Positions 63,001-64,000 of a stretch of 64,000 nt of DNA are shown here, one piece after another (position 1 is the first letter of the stretch; the number at the start of each line of letters is the position of its first letter). The stretch spans positions 119,144 through 183,143 of the forward strand of contig JAQURX010000002.1 of the NCBI GenBank assembly GCA_028715415.1, written 5' to 3'. The translations under genes were made by a program, and so were the position numbers. Under the pieces are notes generated by a model that saw only the letters and a program-made list of their open reading frames with translations, made no database searches and had not been told where the DNA came from. The stretch comes from Candidatus Omnitrophota bacterium (lineage in GTDB: Bacteria > Omnitrophota > Gorgyraeia > Gygaellales > Profunditerraquicolaceae).

Positions 63001-64000
63001 ATTTTGATTTTTCAACTGCAGCATACGCCGGCTTTATTCACGATATGCTCAATGGATTAGATATCCAGGAAGTCTATCTAACCGGGCATTCCATGGGAGG
63101 AAAAATAGTACTTAAATTCTGCTTACTATATCCGGAAATGGTAAAGAGGGCTGTAGTAATTAGCTCGGTAGGTATTGTTTCAAAAGATTCTTGGCTTGAT
63201 TTTGCTATGGAGTTATTTCCTCAAACATTCGATAATCCTGTTAATGCGGCAATTTTAAATAGTGACGCTTTAGATCCTCTCAACGATGAAGAATTTGCTG
63301 CACTTTCAAATCTAAATATTCCATTTTCAATTCTCTGGGGTGAGGGAGATGTCATCGCCCAACCGTGGGAAGCAGCTGTTCTTTCCGAAAAACTTCATAA
63401 TTCATCTGTAACTATTTATGATGACGCCGGGCATCTTGTTACGACAGAAGAAAGTACAAATGTTAACAGCTTGCTAATTAAATTCTTCCAATTCAGCCTT
63501 GCTTTTGCTGCGGTTTTAGCCTTAGGAGGATGTACAGAAGGTTTAAAAATTGCATCTTTAGAAATTGATAATGTAATGGCAGGGAAAGAGATATTTTTAT
63601 TAGTAATAATCCTTTCATTTCTTGGCATTCTTAGTTTTTCTCGATCAAATTCAAATTTTCCTCAGGAAAAAAATTCAGTTAAAAAGTCAATCGAAGATTA
63701 TTCTGAAATCACATTGGATCAATTAATAGAAAGGATAATTAACGATTGCAAGAATGGAGATTTCAGGCTGCTTGAGCTTAATTGGGACCAGGTAATCTAT
63801 AGATATCAGGAATTTATTAAACATGCCTGCGCTATTAATACTGCGATTAAGAAACTCATCTCCGAGTCAGTAACAGTAGATAAGGCTTTCCGGAAAGAAT
63901 TTTTCAAAGCAGCAATCGCGACGAGAATTGATATGTTTGAGCATTATAAGGCTCCTCTTTCGAGATTTGGGATTGATGTGGTTAGGGATATAAAAGAGCG
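3..64000 (+). CDS. Giant multidomain ORF in frame 3, truncated by both window edges. More than 21,300 sense codons with no in-frame stop seen. Mosaic of enzymatic, regulatory and hydrophobic modules.
   Basis: I tiled the whole window into frame-3 triplets by hand and found no TAA/TAG/TGA. Independently indexed motifs at 438 (RILIVDD), 25506 ([11 protein letters not shown]), 28740, 31353, 37689 ([11 protein letters not shown]), 41277 (GFDGLWLDAA), 48021 and 63081 (GHSMGG) all start at positions divisible by 3. Codon usage is uniformly RNY-like with A/T-rich third positions. The ORF track has no frame-3 ORF, consistent with one ORF above its length cap. Confidence 0.85.
110..119 (+). promoter_or_regulatory. 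Shine-Dalgarno-like TAAGGAGGTG upstream of ATG 125
   Basis: AGGAGG at 112-117 with a 7-nt spacer to the ATG. AAG GAG GTG is an unusual codon choice for this AT-rich gene if it is read in frame 3. Confidence 0.45.
125..364 (+). CDS. 79-aa small ORF in frame 2, nested in or overlapping the giant frame. It has a canonical RBS, and its product is a small mixed-composition protein of unknown function.
   Basis: It is listed in the ORF track. TAAGGAGGTG lies at 110-119, 5-7 nt before ATG 125. Frame 2 here has about 30% G at the first codon position and a balanced amino-acid composition (W, H, Y, D, E, K). The frame-3 reading of the same stretch is low-complexity S/L/I/K with many NCG and NAG codons that are atypical of the giant gene. 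Frame-2 stops are at 110-112 (TAA) and 362-364 (TAG). Confidence 0.4.
   Translation: MYKAEQLEFTRVMPRKDGIFVDAKYNNWHYEFHFLIQQDGKVKGETSTGSWLELSKEFSSLVVKRARFVIANQAKLIHL
359..365 (+). promoter_or_regulatory. CUU-UAG-C site with the geometry of the prfB-type +1 frameshift. It joins the end of the small frame-2 ORF to the giant frame-3 ORF.
   Basis: The frame-2 codons are CTT(359-361) TAG(362-364). The frame-3 codons are TTT(360-362) AGC(363-365). There is no SD-like stimulator immediately upstream, so this could be coincidence. Confidence 0.2.
429..800 (+). other. Receiver (REC, CheY-like) domain 1 within the giant ORF
   Basis: PRLRILIVDDQ (beta1 with DD pair), AVITDKEMPGISG (phospho-acceptor Asp in an ITD context plus MPG), IILLATTKPKD (conserved T and K region). 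Confidence 0.7.
850..1480 (+). other. Polytopic hydrophobic region of about 4-5 predicted TM helices
   Basis: Long stretches with no charged residues: LSPVFLAMILDSIHSVISNHLFFGLSIVAMVIVADLG, FSFTLFSVSMVIGFVCV, FFIASSAITLGAVISQTI, IADIMLLASLLVLFIGFTVDII, SIFISLSAINCIGACF. Confidence 0.5.
5055..5260 (+). repeat. Paralogous protein module 'W.M.TRAPPL.A.L..EEILH...H..ID.Y', copy 1 of 3
   Basis: HWSMITRAPPLLAQLVVVEEILHYYFPGQNELVHSVIDDYIRVNLATSFHEAIQNAKQYGIHPVD. Compare the copies at 14060 and 15625. Confidence 0.6.
9060..9440 (+). other. Receiver (REC) domain 2, with a divergent acidic pocket
   Basis: LFVLAVDNEDWELMLLKRTLKG, NLVITDNNMPGMWGHDLAGKIREIAPNILIIMRSTEP...K. The Asp in the ITD context and the MPG motif are conserved, and DNED replaces DD. 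Confidence 0.6.
9684..9750 (+). other. Four-cysteine CxxC...CxxC zinc-ribbon-like motif
   Basis: NPCLSCITNMKCKAVDGEGQCGKCVG. Confidence 0.35.
14060..14270 (+). repeat. Paralogous 'TRAPPL/EEILH' module, copy 2
   Basis: SWAMLTRAPPLIALLTFAEEILHFVIDEDLEVHNAIDCYVANNLYDYFLSEIEKAKRKGINPHD. Confidence 0.6.
14530..15300 (+). other. TPR-repeat region of several tetratricopeptide repeats. A second TPR-like stretch follows at about 15880-16200.
   Basis: EEARKYIELDPYDPDGYEDLCRISLGLGDFDTVIAAADKIIFFNPDSGLGHSRKVQALRAKGEIKAALRAAVKFVNLFPKDSIGWSQLCDVYYDLGDMEGALSSAYEAISLDPSSPYGYGQL has the classic W/L-G-Y..A..-F..A..-P periodicity. Confidence 0.65.
15625..15830 (+). repeat. Paralogous 'TRAPPL/EEILH' module, copy 3
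   Basis: SWAMFGRVPRLIALYTLVEEILHYSKNKDKEVHDLVDDYIAENIYDDFLAAVKEAADNGIVAYD. Confidence 0.55.
17375..17480 (+). repeat. Hydrophobic hairpin motif 'SCHAW.VLALF ... E.LW(A/S)TGPLWVVV', copy 1. DNA core ctgggcaaccggaccgctgtgggtggtggt at 17441-17470.
   Basis: LSCHAWSVLALFVGSYQQTSVIEFLWATGPLWVVVALAAVLFLSMMNF. Confidence 0.6.
20055..20170 (+). repeat. Hydrophobic hairpin motif, copy 2 (ggaccgctgtgg at about 20115). A partial third 'SCHAWPVLALL' copy lies at about 20565-20650.
   Basis: LHCFASVPLLALLGPWSIGPLWIALGIFALIFVLQF. SILSCHAWPVLALLSFNSLWLAVALFAFLGVFYL. Confidence 0.55.
24990..25380 (+). other. Class-I SAM-dependent methyltransferase-like Rossmann module
   Basis: NLILDIGGAWPTAIKL (motif I-like), LVVILDIDPDKIELAK (acidic post-I), FIFIEGDVRALPIE (motif II-like), LLQDGGKFYLAG (motif III-like). 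Confidence 0.45.
25500..26410 (+). other. Complete thioredoxin-disulfide reductase (TrxB)-like FAD/NAD(P)H module with a CAVCD redox-active disulfide
   Basis: [30 protein letters not shown] (FAD GxGxxG). CAVCDG at 25893-25910. KKVVVIGGGNTGVEDALHLAKIASQVTLIV (NADPH GxGxxG/A). GIFAVGSV...GEGAAV at the C-terminus. Confidence 0.8.
29285..29360 (+). repeat. Repeat 'AQLGFTSPFTH..N..G.GL', copy 1. The DNA core is near-identical to 31446-31478.
   Basis: GLGLSQLGFTSPFTHVVNLVGIGLLLSVF. The core cagttagg(g/a)tttacttcgccatttacgcat is shared. Confidence 0.6.
31440..31520 (+). repeat. Repeat 'AQLGFTSPFTH', copy 2
   Basis: LGLCLAQLGFTSPFTHILNVTGVGLIILGLILVF. Confidence 0.6.
32700..32770 (+). repeat. Hydrophobic 'ESLWSTGPLW' motif copy (DNA ggtccgctgtgg)
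   Basis: GIIESLWSTGPLWMVALMVFSFVTYLFF. Confidence 0.5.
34650..34740 (+). other. Acidic and Pro-rich low-complexity linker
   Basis: DDGDDRKPEPVAPDPEPVGEDAPVGD, immediately followed by the hydrophobic hairpin at 34740-34900. Confidence 0.5.
34740..34900 (+). repeat. Hydrophobic hairpin motif copy (LACHTLPVVLLLGLLGLGGCG ... ESCWATGTLWVVFVMLF) containing an internal lipobox-like LGGC
   Basis: Diverged copy of the CHAW/TGPLW pair. Its DNA tgggcgacggggacgttgtgggttgtt resembles the 17441 core. Confidence 0.5.
35150..35330 (+). other. HprK-C-like P-loop module 1 (GESTSGKST Walker A followed by DD)
   Basis: LWANLIIDRETTRGLLIFGESTSGKSTITSLMLGLNPKSKDVGLSNRWILGVDDLAQGF. Compare the HPr-kinase C-terminal pattern G.LI.G.SG.GKSE.AL.L...G..LV.DD. 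Confidence 0.45.
35790..35870 (+). repeat. Hydrophobic 'ESLWSTGPLWVVV' motif copy. DNA ctggtcaaccggaccgctgtgggtggtggt at 35815-35844 matches 17441-17470 at 29 of 30 positions.
   Basis: LIESLWSTGPLWVVVILLICTLFF. Confidence 0.6.
36790..37965 (+). other. GT4-family (GT-B fold) glycosyltransferase module
   Basis: KPTVVHIMSNLGRGGAERNTLNLVAGL at the N-terminal half. [48 protein letters not shown] is the E-x7-E retaining GT-B signature. Confidence 0.75.
40555..40770 (+). repeat. Paralogous module 'IRAGP..TYIW.T.RNN..Y.D...L...L...LIHEARKIAYP', copy 1
   Basis: IVIRAGPGLTYIWATYRNNIFYIDKDLLSNQYLRFELLVTLIHEARKIAYPEAKDHENEVFAQEC. Confidence 0.55.
40840..42250 (+). other. GH13 (alpha-amylase family) TIM-barrel catalytic module with conserved regions I-IV apparently intact
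   Basis: Region I is GIKVIFPAILNHVS. Region II is GFDGLWLDAASAL at 41277 (nucleophile Asp). Region III is RVMAECYDVFD (acid/base Glu). Region IV is RRHFARVNHDKLE (NHD). Confidence 0.7.
44870..45265 (+). other. GHKL-type ATPase (HATPase_c, histidine-kinase or anti-sigma Ser-kinase-like) module
   Basis: N-box ELGCNIHKYGDKG. G1 box IVARDVGKGIGD. G2 box IGEGNGLRTI. Confidence 0.6.
47310..49390 (+). repeat. Tandem array of about nine XRE/Cro-C1-type helix-turn-helix domains. Each is about 75 aa (about 228 nt), joined by a conserved 'N(P/E)PDW..FG...GYG.RIR' linker.
   Basis: YGDRLRKVRNAQKLTKQEVSFLTGGKVDAGRIKRWE. YGMRIRDLREKNMLKSCELAEVVGVGDDTICDWEFERKIPLDENITKLSNVL. KNPPDWDNFGITKGYGKRIRRARLAKGLAQCELGRSIGLSVSRVAAWEKEEIECPTHEALERFAKALDVPIEYL. 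QNPPDWKTFGIINGYGRRIRKARMALRMSGEELG... Confidence 0.75.
51130..51560 (+). other. Possible NAD(P)-binding Rossmann module (D-2-hydroxyacid-dehydrogenase-like GxGxxG...AR)
   Basis: IMIDGFGRTGQSVARSIIHDLPEEVRIVAVR. Confidence 0.35.
52330..52600 (+). other. HEAT/PBS-lyase-like alpha-solenoid repeats
   Basis: DDFHVREDSAHALGFLLLEEKNKQARWVIAEALLHACSDRSEAVALWAHWAIS. Confidence 0.3.
55880..57250 (+). repeat. Radical-SAM-like module, copy 1: CX3CX2C plus a C-terminal Cys-rich (SPASM/twitch-like) segment
   Basis: ATWGCSTQCDHCY at 56385-56408. C-terminal CWYCRNNCNGDKRINCVGRKDYFAAQGLSCAGG. N-terminal ITLDQLTEKIINNCMNGDFRLLRLDW...QEFIKHAAAIN. Confidence 0.5.
57580..57670 (+). repeat. 'LIHEAR' module, copy 2 (partial)
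   Basis: LLIGLIHEARAQAYPASADAENETFAS. Confidence 0.45.
57750..58230 (+). other. Class-I SAM-dependent methyltransferase module
   Basis: Motif I VWVDVGCGLGVAAV. Post-I VYAVDIVDWA. FCFIEDDMASVVLPEPPDLV. FYVLQYMRDPFAAIVNIYNQLALWGRFVFAV. Confidence 0.6.
58640..58810 (+). other. HprK-C-like P-loop module 2 (paralog of the module at 35150)
   Basis: LWSNLLINKNKRRGMLLFGNSGSGKSLLTALMLGFDEFGIRVNPQPQWLFGGDDVIKG. Confidence 0.45.
61150..61340 (+). repeat. 'IRAGP...LIHEARKIAYP' module, copy 3
   Basis: IVVRAGPFTYIWGTFRNNTLYLDQTLLINPSLREELALTLIHEARKIAYPKAQDEENENFARLCF. Confidence 0.55.
61340..62660 (+). repeat. Radical-SAM-like module, copy 2
   Basis: ATWGCSEQCDHCDG at 61806-61829. C-terminal CWNCHFDCQGKNQEGCPGRKAYFTAHGLSETGG. 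It is collinear with copy 1 throughout. Confidence 0.5.
61461..61589 (+). repeat. 129-bp segment identical to 63807-63935, an intragenic direct repeat about 2.35 kb apart
   Basis: caggaatttattaaacatgcctgcgctattaatactgcgattaagaaactcatctccgag...gcgacgagaattgatatg is the same in both places. The copy-1 equivalent at about 56020-56160 is only about two-thirds identical. Confidence 0.9.
62790..63490 (+). other. Alpha/beta-hydrolase-fold module (GHSMGG nucleophile elbow), bracketed by lipobox-like hydrophobic segments
   Basis: ILLVPGFDETIEIFRCNVEALVQAGFRVVCFDLPGFGQTG, VYLTGHSMGGKIVLKFCLLYPEMVKRAVVISSVG, GEGDVIA...DDAGHLVTTEE (catalytic His region). Confidence 0.75.
63640..64000 (+). repeat. Radical-SAM-like module, copy 3 (N-terminal part only, running off the window). 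Its N-terminus resembles copy 1 and its middle is DNA-identical to copy 2.
   Basis: FSRSNSNFPQEKNSVKKSIEDYSEITLDQLIERIINDCKNGDFRLLELNWDQVIYRYQEFIKHACAINTAIKKLI... Confidence 0.55.
63807..63935 (+). repeat. Second copy of the 129-bp identical repeat (partner at 61461-61589)
   Basis: Character-by-character comparison of the two stretches. Confidence 0.9.

Noticed and set aside
98-63628. The roughly 95 short minus-strand ORFs in the supplied track (for example 16835..17359 at 174 aa and 37493..38008 at 171 aa) and the short + strand frame-1 and frame-2 ORFs (for example 2182..2409, 25315..25512 and 62689..62955)
   Set aside because: All overlap the continuous frame-3 ORF, which has strong domain content. 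RNY-type codon usage in an AT-rich gene leaves antisense and off-frame readings stop-poor. None carries recognisable motifs or an RBS, except 125..364, which I kept as a feature.
3-64000. Several separate genes that all happen to lie in the same reading frame
   Set aside because: That would require an in-frame stop and a start between them. I saw none across more than 21,300 codons, and there are no RBS-like or intergenic stretches. Six unrelated domains sharing one phase by chance has a probability of about 0.4%.

Overview
The window holds no operon structure. Reading frame 3 of the + strand (codon starts at positions divisible by 3) appears to be one uninterrupted open reading frame from position 3 to the window end at 64000. 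It is open at both edges and spans more than 21,300 sense codons. I tiled it into triplets by hand and saw no in-frame TAA, TAG or TGA. Eight separately indexed anchor motifs all fall in this frame, at 438, 25506, 28740, 31353, 37689, 41277, 48021 and 63081. The supplied ORF track contains no frame-3 ORF and nothing longer than 174 aa, so it appears to be length-capped. Its many short minus-strand ORFs are best explained as antisense or off-frame shadows of the giant gene. The sequence looks AT-rich by eye, with A/T-ending codons and heavy use of TTA/AAA/GAA, and there are no rRNA, tRNA, CRISPR or transposase signatures. The giant ORF is a mosaic of modules that normally occur as separate proteins: two receiver (REC) domains, TPR repeats, a class-I SAM methyltransferase-like fold followed by a complete thioredoxin-reductase-like module (CAVCD), a GT4 glycosyltransferase, a GH13 alpha-amylase-type catalytic domain, a GHKL ATPase, a tandem array of about nine XRE-type HTH domains, two HprK-C-like P-loop modules, a second methyltransferase, an alpha/beta hydrolase (GHSMGG), and three paralogous radical-SAM-like Cys-rich modules. 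These are interspersed with many hydrophobic segments and several families of internal repeats, including a 129-bp stretch that is identical at the DNA level in two places. This architecture resembles the giant genes reported from Omnitrophota-like and Chlorobium-like genomes. The only part that is not simple is the 5' end: a 79-aa ORF at 125..364 with a perfect Shine-Dalgarno sits in the -1 frame, has clearly better coding statistics than frame 3 there, and ends on a CUU-UAG-C site that has the geometry of the prfB +1 frameshift and leads straight into the giant frame. All domain calls are motif recognition from memory, not database searches.
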